Assembly (NCBI GenBank): GCA_951406725.2
Contig: OX597815.1
Location: forward strand, 104,098,001 to 104,162,000
From: Octopus vulgaris
Lineage: Eukaryota
Length of the DNA stretch: 64,000 nucleotides
Direction of reading: 5' to 3'
Below are positions 13,876 to 28,079 of this stretch, in pieces; position 1 is the first letter of the stretch, and the number at the start of each line of letters is the position of its first letter. The notes beneath the pieces were generated by a model. It did not search any database, was not told where the DNA came from, and worked only from the letters and a program-made list of their open reading frames with translations. A program made the translations under genes and the position numbers.

Positions 13876-14297
13876 TCCATATATGTGTATGTATTACAGT
13901 ATGAGTGCCTGTACTTATACTTGTGTACAAGGACGTTATTTTATATTTACATGTACACGAGTAAGTGGAAAACTATGATTTTTTAAAACTTCTTCCTAAG
14001 ATATTATTATTGCTTTGGTCAAATTCAGCTCTGATCGAACGCATTCATAATGAAATGAATTGCAGCCATAACGAGCCTTCTATTTGTTCGCCTAAAAATA
14101 TAATTGCCAATAGTTCCTGAACTTTATGACGATAGGATATGATCTGATGGAGATTTGGTTGCCATTCCTAGCAACTTGAGTGACTGCGTAGGTTTTTTTA
14201 GGGTGGTGTTGTTGGGGAGAAATCGGTAAATATATAGTTATTGTTTGAAGGAAATAAAGTTGCATTTTGTTGCTCTCTCTCTCTCTTTCTCTCTCTC

Positions 14298-14335
<38 letters not shown>

Positions 14336-14870
14336 CTTCGACCTCGTTCCCTCTTCCTCTCTTTCTCTCTATGCCTTTCTTTTACTTTGATAGTTATCTC
14401 TTTCCACTTTAAATACTATTGTTATAAAACTATAACCACTTTATCTATTATTATAAACAATAACTTTAGTTATGTCAGAATAATATATCAAGACTGCCGA
14501 GAAAAATTACTATACACTGAGAAAACGGTGAAATCTAAGATATGAGTTAAGAAAGAGGGGAGGGTATTGCAAGAATGAGGAAGATGAATTGATATGAGAG
14601 ATGAGACAGGGGGGTGAATGAGTTGATGATAAATGTATTAGTATCGTTAGATACTACATTTACTCAGATTAGTAATATGTGCTGTTGAAAAATGTGTTTT
14701 CTAAGACATCTCGTAATGAAAGTTAGATAAGAAAACTTAAAGGAACTGATCTTTTCACCATCTATTTTGATCTGAGAGAAACACTGAAAATATTTATCTT
14801 AAGCCATTGATGTATTTCTGAATGGTTTTACACATTTATTCTTTGCAATCTAATCTTTCTGTATTTTCAG

Positions 14871-14910
14871 TCGAAAGAATGTTCAATAAAAAAAGAATTA
14901 TTTTATACTG
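14871..14910 (+). CDS. Candidate 40-bp exon
   Basis: Strong acceptor tctttctgtattttcag and donor TG|gtaagt; phase 0 reads SKECSIKKELFYT and ends in phase 1. Confidence 0.55.
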
Positions 14911-15138
14911 GTAAGTAGTTACTTTCTATATTTAATATTTTTATTGTGTTTTATTATTAGTTTGTTTTTTTTGCAGACTCCTAGGAAACTTAAATGAGAA
15001 ATTGTGTACATGCTTAAAGCGATATATGTATGCGTGTGCGAATGTGTGTGTGTGTACGTGCGCGCACATCTGCTGGCGTCTCTTTCTCTCCCTGCATGAG
15101 CCTGTAAGCATATATTTCAAATATATCTAGATAAACTC

Positions 15139-15195
<57 letters not shown>

Positions 15196-15253
15196 ACGCA
15201 CTCTTAATGTTAGGTCTAATCCACAAAGTTTTTTTCAATGGAACGTTGAAATT

Positions 15254-15500
<247 letters not shown>

Positions 15501-18020
15501 TGAATTTATGACAGTTATTTGTCAACTTTTGTTCAGAATGTAATATTATAGCTGTTATCAGCTGAGAGATACGGAACACCTTTCGTTTTTTGTTTTTGTT
15601 TTTGTGGGGGGTTTTTTTGAAATTATGATACAATTTATTTTATCATGGAACCAACACTCATTTGAATACTTCTGCGAAATTTTAAGGACATTGCAAGTAA
15701 TTTTTTTTCACTCTTAAAGAAGGTCTTTGGCTGCGAAAAGCTCTATGGCATGTTTACTTATAAGAAGTACTCGATATGGCATTCACAAAGTGAACGATTC
15801 AACTCAAGCCATTTAAGAAGCATAACACCAAAGAAAAGGAAAGCTTCCATTTTTGAAATTAGGGACTTATTATTCATAATCATTGCACAAACATAGTTTA
15901 CAATAATAACGTATAAACGTATGTATAATAATGTATAAACGTAATTTTGATTTGTTTTAAGTCTCTATTCTTCCTTATTTTCCATCATAATCTGTCATGA
16001 TGTATTAGACATTTTTTTCAATTTTTAATGCCTTCACTCTTTAAGATATACTTGTTCTCTGTAAACATATATTACTCTATAAGAGTTATTCTCTACAGAA
16101 TGATTTAAGCTGTATATATTGTAAGCTATGTATATTAATATTAATTAACAACGTTTGAAATTAATGTTGCGGTGAAGTTAATACACTGTCGCTAACTCTG
16201 AACAAATATGGCCCTGTCTACTTCGTAATCATTCTGCAATAAGTTGGACATAACCTCCGGCGACTTAAGTCTTCTGAGACAGTGAACCTGAGTCGGACAC
16301 TCTGCGGAAGAACGTCAGATAACATAGATTGTCCTTGTGTGAAAGACTTAATACGTTCCCCAGTTAAACACCATATCTTTTTGAGTACCTTCAACGGAAT
16401 TCACCATGCTTTTGCACCAAGCCTACAGTCTAAGGGTGATTCATGTTCCTTTTTGCTTCCCCTTTCCTGCCGGTTTCGGGAACGATGCAAAACAATATAA
16501 TAACTCTAGCTCAACAAGAAAAAAAAAAGAATGTGAAACTTTTCAGTATTTAATATCGTACTTTAAATCATTATCTTGAAGTTTTCAGTTCAACAACACC
16601 TATGTGTAGAAATTGGAAAGGTTTCATTTTCTCAAAGAAAATTGAGCCAAATACTCCATCGATGACAATATGTTCGGTTTGGATACTACTTGTTATATTG
16701 TTATGTTCAATATTCTAAATAGATTTCACGTGTTTAGTATTAGATATAAAATACATCTACAATTACACTGAAGGCAAGTGTTGCCTCACACACATCAAGG
16801 CTATACTTTTTCAATGATCTTTAATATATAGTGGTGCTATTAAGGATGTACACATACACACACACACTCACAGGGGGAGAGAGAGGGGGATACAGACAGG
16901 CAGAGACGTCTAGTTTCGCAAATATTAATGAATTATTATTTTAATATCAATAGCTTAAACAACGGCCACACTAACTCTATTGCAGCTATAAACGGACTAA
17001 ATATATTCGGTTTCGTAATCCTTTTTCAAATGGTTATTAGGATCAAAGTAGAATGATGGAGAAAACAAAATGTGTAAACGTCATTAAAATAGGATTTGCT
17101 TTTATCCCATAATCTTGCAGCTGCTCTTGTGAAGGCATACACGCACATACACATTTTCCATGATATTCCTTAAACTATGCACGGTTTGCATCTGTTAGAA
17201 GTAACAGAGAAACGTTGATCTTTTTTTATTATTGAACTATTAACCCCAGCTTTTCTGTTTTACAGCAAATCTCTCTCACTGCTTAAAATGGTGTAGTCTT
17301 CATTCTTCAACGTGTGCTATGTATACAACCCAACAAATGAGGCTCTATGCGGTAACTGAACCTGCAAGAAATAGCAACCAAATTACCTTCGGTTCACACC
17401 GTTCTGTATTTATGAAAATAAAATGGGGTTGTTAGATTAGGTAACGAAAATCCTAAATATATATTGCCTAAAAAACAAAAGACAAGCTGGTCATATCTGG
17501 GGCAATGTTTGCCATAGGGCTGCCCAATCAATGCTGACTTGGGGCTCATTAACAATAACAGCGTGCAATGTTTAGGTATTTCCACGGGAGTGGAACGTGT
17601 ATTGAACGAATATTTCCAGCAACACTATCCACTATGCCACAAACATGTGATTGAAATATTTTTGAGAATATGTGAAGTTAAATTCAAGGTAGCCAAATTG
17701 AACTGAAATCAACCCTAGATTATCTCGTTTTTTGCGTTAAATAACAAACCTGTAAACTTCATCATGTTATCTTTTATAAATTCAGCATGCATTATGCAGA
17801 TATATTTAAACCAGAGTGGTATTTTCTTTTATCAACCCAAGAAAATGCAAGTTGACCTTATCAGGATTTGAACTGAGAACGTTAAGTACTATAACGAAAT
17901 ATTGAAAGGTATTTACAATATCATTTTATATATATATATATATATATATAACTAATAATAATATTAGGGAATAAATCCAAACTTACAGGGAAAAATTAGA
18001 TTTAGGATTAAATCCAATAT

Positions 18021-18172
18021 TATATTATATTAAATTAGAGATAAAACCACTATTAGGCAAATCAAATAGTGAAAAACATAAGCCAATACATAAAATTAAT
18101 TTTAAAATATAAAAGTTAAAAATTTAAAAATAACTTAAATAATTTAAACTTATAAATTTTAAATATATATAT

Positions 18173-18222
<50 letters not shown>

Positions 18223-18390
18223 ATTTTTATATTTATATATTATTTATTTATTAATTTATTTATTTATTTTTTTTATATTTATTTAAATATTTTTTTAAGT
18301 TTTAACTTTTATATTTTTAAATTAATTTTATGTATTGGCTTATGTTTTTCACTATTTGATTTGCCTAATAGTGGTTTTATCTCTAATTTG

Positions 18391-18400
<10 letters not shown>
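18021..18400. repeat. Inverted repeat with ~120-bp arms around a (TA)n-rich spacer
   Basis: attagagataaaaccactattaggcaaatcaaatagtgaaaaacataagccaatac in 18021-18140 is mirrored in 18280-18400. Confidence 0.9.
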
Positions 18401-18462
<62 letters not shown>

Positions 18463-18481
18463 TGTATGTATGTATATATAC

Positions 18482-18647
18482 ACCAGGCTTCTTTCAATTT
18501 CCGGCTACCAAATCCATTCACAAGGCTTTGGTCGACCCGAGGCTATGGTAAAAGACACTTTCCCAAGGTGCCACGTAGTGGGACTGAACCCGGAACAATG
18601 TGGCTGGTAAGCAAACTACTTACTACACACAGCCACTCCAGTGCCTA
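18482..18647 (-). mobile_element. SINE family B head
   Basis: Reverse complement reads gagtggctgtgtgtagtaagtagtttgcttaccagccacattgttccgggttcagtcccactacgtggcaccttggg. Confidence 0.85.
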
Positions 18648-18672
18648 TAATACACACACACACACGCACACA

Positions 18673-18744
<72 letters not shown>

Positions 18745-18756
18745 AATATATATATA

Positions 18757-18831
18757 TATTAATACTTAGCAGAAGTAACAGAGTAGCTCTCGGAAGTTGA
18801 GTAACTCTGTTACCTCTGCTAAATATTAATA
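18757..18831. repeat. Short hairpin with 33-bp imperfect arms
   Basis: ttagcagaagtaacagagt ... actctgttacctctgctaa, embedded in (TA)n. Confidence 0.85.
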
Positions 18832-18888
18832 AAAATATATATATACACATTTTTTAAATTCTATTTTTCCTGTTTGCACTAGAATATC

Positions 18889-18950
<62 letters not shown>

Positions 18951-19302
18951 TACATACACACACACATACATACATACATACATACATACATACATACATA
19001 CATACATACATACATACATACATACATACATACATACATAACGCAAGCACCAATGGCGTTTATAATTTACGTCGAGTGTGTTTCGTTAGAATTTTATTAG
19101 TGCATTCACAGAAGATTGTATCATAACATATAATCTACCATTTGTGCTTAACTTATACCTGTGGCACTCCAAGGACCAACCCACTTTTGAATCTACGGTA
19201 TAAACTGGATATGATATGAAGGATGCTGAAATGTTCCTGGTTTTAAGGATGTCGTGCATGGTCTGTCTGTCTGGAGGCCCAAACTTCCGAGTTCTTTTAT
19301 AT

Positions 19303-19337
<35 letters not shown>

Positions 19338-19738
19338 AGACATTTTTTCTCTCTCTACCCTAAGGCATTTTTCTAACTCGCCAGCTCAAAGTTTACTCGT
19401 CCTGTCGAAAGACGCCTGTCTGTGACGTCTTGTTTTTGTTATTATTATTATTATCATTATTGTTTTTACGTATTTTTGTATTCTTATTCGTGTAACATCG
19501 TCCGTTTTTCCGTCCTTGTTTTGTATACATTCGAGGCTTTCTTCTAAGGAATCCAATGCGCTCGGCTTAGATTTTTCTTTGGGGCTGGCCAGATCGGAGC
19601 AATCTCAAGATTAATCAGCCGAAATTGCGAGGATGATCCGGTTCTTGACTGAAGATTGAAGGCTTCGAATGTCCCGTCCGTGTTTTTTGTATCGTCTTCT
19701 AAATGTTTTGCGTTCTTGTTCCAGTTTGTATTTTTTAC

Positions 19739-19860
<122 letters not shown>

Positions 19861-19894
19861 GGATAGATAGATAAATTATCTATGTTGCAATGTA

Positions 19895-20800
19895 TTTATG
19901 TGTCATGATCCTGAATTGGGTAAGGGACGTATGGACCGTGAATTCTGAAACAAATGTTGAGGTCGTTTGGGCAATGCTGGAGGTATGTTCTCCACATCAT
20001 GCAAATGATGTATCATTCACGGTGGCGTGGGAATGAATAGTGTTTAAGGCGATCCCAGTAAGCAAGATCAGTCATGCTCTTAATTCTTTTAGTGAATGTC
20101 CTCTGGAGTAATTCAATTTTCAAAATGTTTTGTTTTGACTAGGGAGACCACAGGGGGCAGCATTATTCGAGGTGTGGCTGTACAAAAGAGTAGAAAAGAT
20201 GAATGATGACACCTTGTTCTCTGGACCAGAAGATTCTTAAGAGCCAGGAGCCTATCCTACGAGCTATATCGACCTTATTGTTGAGATGGGAACTCCAGCT
20301 GAGATTGTTATTAATAATAACTCCTAGGTCTCTGATATTATTAGATGCTGTGAGTGGTTTCCCTGAAGGGAGAGAATATGGTTGTTTTAGGCATGGTTTT
20401 TCTTCCAAAATGCATCAATTCAAATTTTTCCTCGTTTACTTGCTTTTTATTTTTATCTGCTCATTGACTTACAGCATGTAGATCGGACTGGAGTTCACTT
20501 CGGTCTTCTCCATTGATAATTTTCTGGAGCTTGGCGTCATCAGCGAATATTTTAACTTTGCTGTGTTTCATGACGCTAGAAATGTTTATATAGGCTATAA
20601 ACAGAAGCGGGCCCTAAGACAGTCCTCCGAGGGTGACTTTTGCTGGACTTGAGTGGATTCCACCGATCACAACAAGTTATATTCTGTTCTCTAGGAAATA
20701 TTTAATCCAGAGTGGTAGTTTTCCACAGATTCCAACATTTGACAATTTTGACAGTAACATATTGTGGATGACTCCGTCGAACGCTTTACTGAAGTCAAGA
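19895..20800 (-). mobile_element. CR1/L2-group LINE RT relic
   Basis: YLDFSKAFDGV, TVLGPLLFIAYIN, KIFADDAKL, IRDLGVIINNNLSWSSH and FVQPHLE. Confidence 0.9.
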
Positions 20801-21171
20801 TATACATAGATATATATACATATATATAGATACATGATATATATATACAGATATAAATATATATATATATTGATGTGAAGATTGCATTGTTCTACATCAT
20901 TTTATTCCTTCTGGAATAATACCAATGTTTTTTCGAAACATATGTCGGTAGTATAAGGATTTGAATAACATCTACTTTCAACTGCATTTATTTATTTATA
21001 TATGATATATATATATATAATGTGTATATAATCTATATAATACATGATATATATATTTATATATACATATATATAAATGGCGGTGCCCCAGCATGGCCAC
21101 AGCTCATGAGCTGAAACTAAAAAATCAAAATCAAAAATCAAATATATAAATATATGCATATGCATATATAC

Positions 21172-21240
<69 letters not shown>

Positions 21241-21242
<2 letters not shown>

Positions 21243-21709
21243 CCCTCGACTATCGCGGGTGTTACGTTCCATAAATTCCCACAGAAATAATTAAAATCTA
21301 AAATATATAAATAATTATCAGCCGCAGAACCCCGGTTATACTGAGGAGTCCATGATATAAAGGGCGGCGAGCTGGCAGAAACGTTAGCACCCTGGGCGAA
21401 ATGAGAAGCCGTATTTCGTCTGCCGTTACGTTCTGAGTTCAAATTCCGCCGAGGTCGACTTTGCCTTTCATCCCATCGGGGTCGATACATTAAGTACCAG
21501 TTACGCACTGGGGTCGATGTAATCGACTTAATCCATTTGTCTGTCCTTGTTTGTCCCCTCTGTATTTAGCCCCTTGTGGGTAGTAAAGAAATAGATATAA
21601 ATTTTTATATATGAACCAGTAAAACCCGCGATGTACTGAGTGCGCGATAGGTGAACTGTTATGTACTGAGTGCATGATAGGTGAACCGCGATGTGACGTG
21701 GGAATACTG
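21241..21709. mobile_element. pogo/Tigger-type MITE interrupted by a SINE A copy
   Basis: Left atccctcgactatcgcgg versus right ccgcgatgtgacgtgggaatactg (reverse complement cagtattcccacgtcacatcgcgg); subterminal ~28-bp tandem repeat at 21627-21693; TA-rich flanks. Confidence 0.6.
21362..21597 (+). mobile_element. SINE family A, full length
   Basis: ggcggcgagctggcagaaacgttagc...gagttcaaattcc...gcctttcatcc...ccccttgtgggtagtaaagaaatag. Confidence 0.9.
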
Positions 21710-21718
21710 TGTATATAC

Positions 21719-21770
<52 letters not shown>

Positions 21771-21827
21771 TGCATATAGATATATACATACATAATATAT
21801 ATAATATATATATACTTATATTTACAC

Positions 21828-21873
<46 letters not shown>

Positions 21874-21936
21874 TAGATTCAGATGCACCAGAATTTTGTA
21901 CGGTGTTATCCATATAAATCCATGGCGTGATTATAA

Positions 21937-22062
21937 TCAAAGTAAGCAACAAGAATATCTTCGGTAATTTGGTACGATAGTTTCACGCTAATGTTTAATA
22001 AAATGGTGTAGCGTGAAACGATCGTACCAAATTACCGAAGATATTCTTGTTGCTTACTTTGA
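21937..22062. repeat. Hairpin with 54-bp arms (one mismatch) containing an HHR 3'-half-like motif
   Basis: 21937-21990 mirrors 22009-22062; GAAACGATCGTA at 22015-22026. Confidence 0.85.
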
Positions 22063-22063
22063 G

Positions 22064-22124
<61 letters not shown>

Positions 22125-22377
22125 GTTTAAATATTTGTTGTGCAAGATTTTTTATGTGAAGTCGTGTGTTGACGGTTAGTAAGGAGAGACACAAATAAGT
22201 AAGAAGAAAACAAAGGACCACTGATGCGGTCACAGGAGTGTGACAAAAGAACTCTGGCCGAAATAAGATTAAGATTAATGTAAAAAATAAATAACACTGA
22301 AGCAAAGTAACACCAAATATATAGTGCGTGTGTTTTTATTGGCTAAACTGGCAAAATAACCATTCCTAAATACAACA

Positions 22378-22411
<34 letters not shown>

Positions 22412-22677
22412 CAAATAATGAGGGAGATAAATTAATATTAATTTTAATATCAATTTAAAACCAGTAGTCTAGCATACAAAAAATCTGAGAAATCAGAGAA
22501 AATTCTAATATATGTGTATATTGGCAGGGCAAGACTGCTAGGTAGTCGGCCGTATGCTAGAAATAGATCATCAACGATCAAACTACAAAGAAGGTTCTCT
22601 AGAGGAAAAATTCAGCGTACACCAGAACCAAATTTGGCGGGCAGGACAGATGAAAATTTATATAAAAAACAGAATTA

Positions 22678-22754
22678 ATTGCATACTTCGGTTTCGGCCT
22701 TTAACAAAAGAATTATTTATATAATTCAAATGTCCGTGGCCTCATCAGTACAAT
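22678..22754 (-). ncRNA. Type I hammerhead ribozyme, opposite-strand copy
   Basis: Reverse complement AUUGUA-CUGAUGA-GGCC...GGCC-GAAA-CCGAAG-UA-UGCAAU. Confidence 0.8.
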
Positions 22755-23487
22755 CGTTCAGTGTAAATGCAACTTAAAAACTAACCCCAGCTTTCTGTGT
22801 CAAAACAGACACGTGTTTAGTTTTACCGATTACATTAGGTATAAGATTTCAAATGGCTTAGTTCCGGCGCGCTAAAAAATTCCTGAAGCGAAGAACTGCA
22901 GTAAATAATTCACTGCATTAGTGCTTGCATCTAGAGAACGTATTTATTTCAATATTTAAATAATGAGGGAGATAAATTAATATTAATTTTAATATCAATT
23001 TAAAACCAGTAGTCTGGCATACAAAAAATCTGAGAAAACAGAGAAAATTCTAATATATGTGTATATTGGCAGGGCAAGACTGCTAGGTAGTCGGCCGTAT
23101 GCTAGAAATAGATCATCAGCGATCAAACTACAAAGAAAGTTCTCTAGAGGAAAAATCCAGCGAACACCAGAACCAAATTTGGCGGGCAGGACAGATGAAA
23201 ATTTATATAAAAAACAGGATTAATTGCATACCTCGGTTTTAAATTGATATTAAAATTAATATTAATTTATCTCCCTCATAATTTAAATATTGAAATAAAT
23301 ACGTTCTCTAGTAGCAAGCACTAACCGCAGTGAATTATTTACTGCAGTTCTTCGCTTCAGGAATTTTTTAGCGCGCCGGAACTAAGACATTTGAAATCTT
23401 ATACCTAATGTAATCGGTAAAACTAAACACGTGTCTGTTTTGGCACAGGAAGCTGGGGTTAGTTTCAAGTTGCATTTACACTGAACG

Positions 23488-23564
23488 ATTGTACTGATGA
23501 GGCCACGGACATTTGAATTATATAAGTAATTCTTTTGTTAAAGGCCGAAACCGAGGTATGCAAT
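23488..23564 (+). ncRNA. Type I hammerhead ribozyme, canonical core, extended stem II
   Basis: AUUGUA-CUGAUGA-GGCC(38 nt)GGCC-GAAA-CCGAGG-UA-UGCAAU; predicted cleavage after GUA at 23558. Confidence 0.85.
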
Positions 23565-23721
23565 TAATTATGTTTTTTATATAAATTTTCATCTGTCCTG
23601 CCCGCCAAATTTGGTTCTGGTGTTCGCTGAATTTTTCCTCTAGAGAACCTTTTTTTGTAATTTGATCGTTGATGATCTATTTCTAGCATACGGCCGACTA
23701 CCTAGCAGTCTTGCCCTGCCA

Positions 23722-23780
<59 letters not shown>

Positions 23781-25164
23781 ACATATATATATATATATAT
23801 ATATATATTTGTGTGTATGCATACATACATAAACCTTCATAGCATGAAGGGGTGCATTGTGTCAGGAAATGAAAAGCTGAAGTCTTTGAGTTGAAATATT
23901 GAACAATATTTAGTTTCACCATTCGATCTTATGAATTAACTCTCAATGATCTTGTTCCATTTCTCAGAGTTGTTGAATATATGCCCCTATTTTACTGTTC
24001 TTAGGCCTAGTCCATTAAAATTCACTTGCAATTTGACTGTCTGCTTACACCAAAAAAAATTAATATTAATTATTTGACAAAAGGAAACATTTCCTTTACC
24101 ATGCTATTCTTGCACATAATATTGCATTTAGTGATTTTTAAATTAAAAAAATCGCTTAGAATATGTAAATATGAGGAATATATTAAATCCGAGGATTTCT
24201 GTTTGATTTCCTAAACCAACATGTTTTGGATTTCTGTTTTCTATACTAAGAAAAAAGAGCTAGGGATAATATAAAAGAACATTACAAACACAAAACTGAC
24301 TTTTTCCCTCCAGCTGAAATCAATAAAATGCAGTTGAGAAGAAATGATAGATAAACCAAAATTGTAAATAAAGAATTCACAGCTGTAAGTCATAAATCGA
24401 AAGAAGAGTAATAGGAGACAAAGACTGAGCAGGAGAATAGACAAATTATATGAGTCGAAGTAAAGACGAATATCTACGCAAACTCCAATTATAGATTAGA
24501 CAGCAGATACAGAGTAACCTGTTAGATTCTGTGTTGATCTTCCAGACACAAAATAGATAAATTCACAGGGAGTTATATGTTGTTTATATTGCCTACTTAT
24601 TTAATTTTATTCGTCATATATCTCACAAGAAAACAACTATCTCTGTGATTAGGTTTAAAAACAAAGGAATACATTTTAGGTAGCTTAGATATAAAAGTCT
24701 AAAATTATCCTGGCGGACACGGCTTATTAAAAGATGTATGGGAATTAAAGGCAAAGAATACACTATTTGGTCTGTGGAAATCTCCATCTAGGGAGACACT
24801 TGAAACATACAACCAACATATAATGTTCATAACCCGGTCGGTATTGTTTACTGATTCAGTAAGATAATATTTTATAAACTTTTATTTTATTCAATAACTA
24901 GTAATACTATTTTAATTATTTCAGGAAAGTTATTTCTCAATATAATTCTAGTTTTCTATATCAGCCACTATACATGGTTGCACATTCACTTGATACGGTA
25001 ATATAGTCGAATGGTCAAGAAGTTCACTTCGCAGTCACGAGGTCCTGCGCTCGATTACACTGTGGGACATCTTGGGCAAGTGTAATTTTATATAGTCCAG
25101 AGTTGTCTTACGTCTTGCAGGTGAAAATAGGTACAGGGCAGAGCAAATGAGAGATTGCATCTAT

Positions 25165-25456
<292 letters not shown>

Positions 25457-25489
25457 GTGTGTGTGTGTAGAATGTTGAAAAGGAACACA

Positions 25490-26509
25490 CGAGGTCATCC
25501 CATAAATAATGCGTGTTTTTCAATTGCATGAACCAAAAGTCGGAGGGGACGGGATAAACAATCTGCATCAACTTGCTATAAAAGCATGTAATAATTGTAC
25601 CGGAAACTACAGCCTTGAAGATGAGCCTCGTCCTGGAAGATCTGTAGAGCACGACGAGGACGCCCTGTAAACCCTAATGGAACAAAATCTCAACGTAACC
25701 GTTGAGGAACTAGCAGAGAAGCTTGGATTTGGTCATTCAACCATTCATCGACACATGCGTGCCAGTGGCAAAATCAGGAAATGGATTCCTCACAAACTTT
25801 TCGAGCCTAATCGCGCGCCGGCAGTGAATGTATGCTCTTCGTTGCTCTCATGTCTTACGAACGAATCTTTTTTGGACCGAATAGTGACTGGTGACGAGAA
25901 AAGGATTTTCTATGAAAATATCAAACGCCGAACACAGTGGATAGAGAAAAGAGAAACACTCTAAGCAAAAGAAGGTCCTCACCCACATAAAGTATTGTTA
26001 TCTGTTTGGTGAGATATGGAAACTTTAGTCGACTTTTGATTTTTAAACCCAAACCAAACGATAACAAAGGTGATCTACTGCGAGCATCTTGGGCGGCATA
26101 AGTCAGCACTGGAAGAAAAACGAAATGTATTCTTTCATCGGGATAATTCTCGGTCCCATACAGCAAGGATGACTTTCCCAGGGCTGGAGCAGTTTGAAAC
26201 GATGCCCCCACCCATTATATTCGCCGGACATTGCCCCATATGATTATCATTTATTCTGCAGTCTTCAAAATCATTTGGACGTAAAATATATGAATTCAGT
26301 AGACGAGGTCAGAACAGTACTGGAAGAGTAGCTTTCGTCATGGACAAGTGAATTTTGGAAGAGGGGCCTTGCAAGTCTATCAGATAAATGGAAGAGCATT
26401 GCAGAAAATGAAGTAAAGTATATTTTAGATTAAAAATTAACTGTTTATCTTGGTTTTGAAAAATAAAAGGAGTATAAAAGAACCGCATTATTTATGGGAT
26501 AACCCAATA
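25490..26509 (+). mobile_element. mariner (DD34D-type) element, internally deleted and frameshifted
   Basis: TIRs ggtcatcccataaataatgcg and cgcattatttatgggataacc; motifs WIPHKL, RIVTGDEKRIFY, FHRDNSRSHT and YSPDIAPYDYHLF. Confidence 0.92.
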
Positions 26510-26879
26510 CATATATTTCTCAGTTTGTTTGTAACTGAGGTGTCTTGTTTTGTCTTGCATGTGTGTACGTAAGTATGTATGAATTTATGTATGCATATCT
26601 GATGAGTTGAAATTTTAGTCAAATGGAGCTGAGTCAAATTGTCATTAAAAATATATATATGTAATTCCTATCACACGTGTTCAGTGCCACGTTCTCTCGT
26701 ACGGAATATCGCTATGTATGTTAAGTTCCCTTCCATTTCTAATTATCTGAAGTCTTCCTGTAAAGAAGCACTGGTTTCTAACAAAAGACACAAATCACCT
26801 TCGCTGGAATGTAGATAACAAAAAACAAATTCACATTTTGAACGCGAGGAAAGTCCGTCATAGTTTTACAGTTCTGTTC

Positions 26880-27915
26880 AAAGATTGTGCACAAAAGCAA
26901 GTGCAATATTTATTATTAGTATGAATATGAATTTATAATCCGGTTATAGAATCTGAATGTTTCAAAACGGTTGCCTGTAATTATGTTCTTTTCTTTGATT
27001 TTCTTAACAATATCAGGCCTGTTATGTTTCTACTTGGTAGAAGTTTTGATAGAAATGTCCCAACCATATTGTTCATGTTGATGTTTATGTATGTATTCAA
27101 TAACAGAGAAGTTCTCTATATTTATCTCAGAACAGTATTTTTTCGGATGGCATTATTGGTTTCAACGACTACGTCCTGTATTAGGATGCAGTACCTTGAT
27201 GACATTTTGATGACATGTATGATATCTTCCACAGAAGTGTAACACAATCGACAGTTCTGATTGCATTCTGTTGCTTCGAGGGCTTCATAATCTCTTGTTT
27301 ATTCGGTGTTTTGTAGCAATTTCCTGTTCTTGCATTGCAAAAGCGTTACTTTCGAAATGTGATGTGCAGTGGTCACGAGTTCAAGAAAGCTGTTCTTCAT
27401 ATCGATATTACCGTCATGTTCAAATCGCTTTATTTATTTATTTGATATGCTGTGTGTTTCCCGACCTGGTCTTCTTTGAGGTTCGTGCGGCTGGTTGGGA
27501 TTGTATGGAATGTCATCAGAAAGTGAGAGCTTCTTGGGAAGCTCACTGCTGATACATAGAATGTTTTCTCTCACTTTTAAGCATAAGGTTTATGTATTTA
27601 TTTCTACTGTTGTTTTTAATCAGGTGTTGTCTGAAAGACACTATACGACGTTCGAAAACTTTCTGCTCTGATCTCAAACCTCTACTACCTTCATCTCTTC
27701 TATAGGTAGAATCTGTCGATATCACTGTTTATGTAAATGTTTTCAGTCGATGTTAGGATCTTAAGGGTTAATGTCTATAGAGGGACCTTCGTCAACAGAC
27801 CAGTTAAGTATCCCATTTGCACTGGTACTGCAAATGCATTGCGGGATATTGTCTTGTTGCAAGAGAGTAGTACTGACATATTAACAGTACCTTCATATAT
27901 GTTTTCCTCAATACC
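26880..27915 (-). mobile_element. Older, internally deleted R4/Dong-like LINE copy
   Basis: Shares blocks with the next element (ttattattagtatgaatatg at ~26910 and ~28155; gcactggta.tgcaaatgcattg.gggatattgt at ~27819 and ~29169); FERRIVSFRQHL. Confidence 0.75.
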
Positions 27916-27921
27916 AAGGTA

Positions 27922-27956
<35 letters not shown>

Positions 27957-28079
27957 CCCTTCTACTTTTTAATTATCAAAAATCTTCCACTCAGCGGGAA
28001 GCCGGTTTCCAACAGAGATACAAGGCTCCATCTTTGGAACTTGAGAAAAGTCTTGCATATTTTTACTGTTCCACTCACA

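Larger units (their letters stand above)
22413..23722. mobile_element. HHR-bearing ~545-bp unit in tandem (1.5 copies) plus an inverted copy
   Basis: aaataatgagggagataaatt recurs at 22413 and 22958; from about 23236 the sequence is the reverse complement, running back across the unit junction; microsatellite flanks. Confidence 0.9.

Noticed and set aside
19640-19680. ctgaaga...cgaa inside an unclassified repeat (19340-19740)
   Set aside because: Lacks GAAA and convincing stems.
21627-21693. CRISPR-like array
   Set aside because: Eukaryotic context; a ~28-bp tandem repeat with no unique spacers, inside a MITE.
26598-26615. ctgatgagttgaaa
   Set aside because: No room for stem II and no stem I; probably chance.
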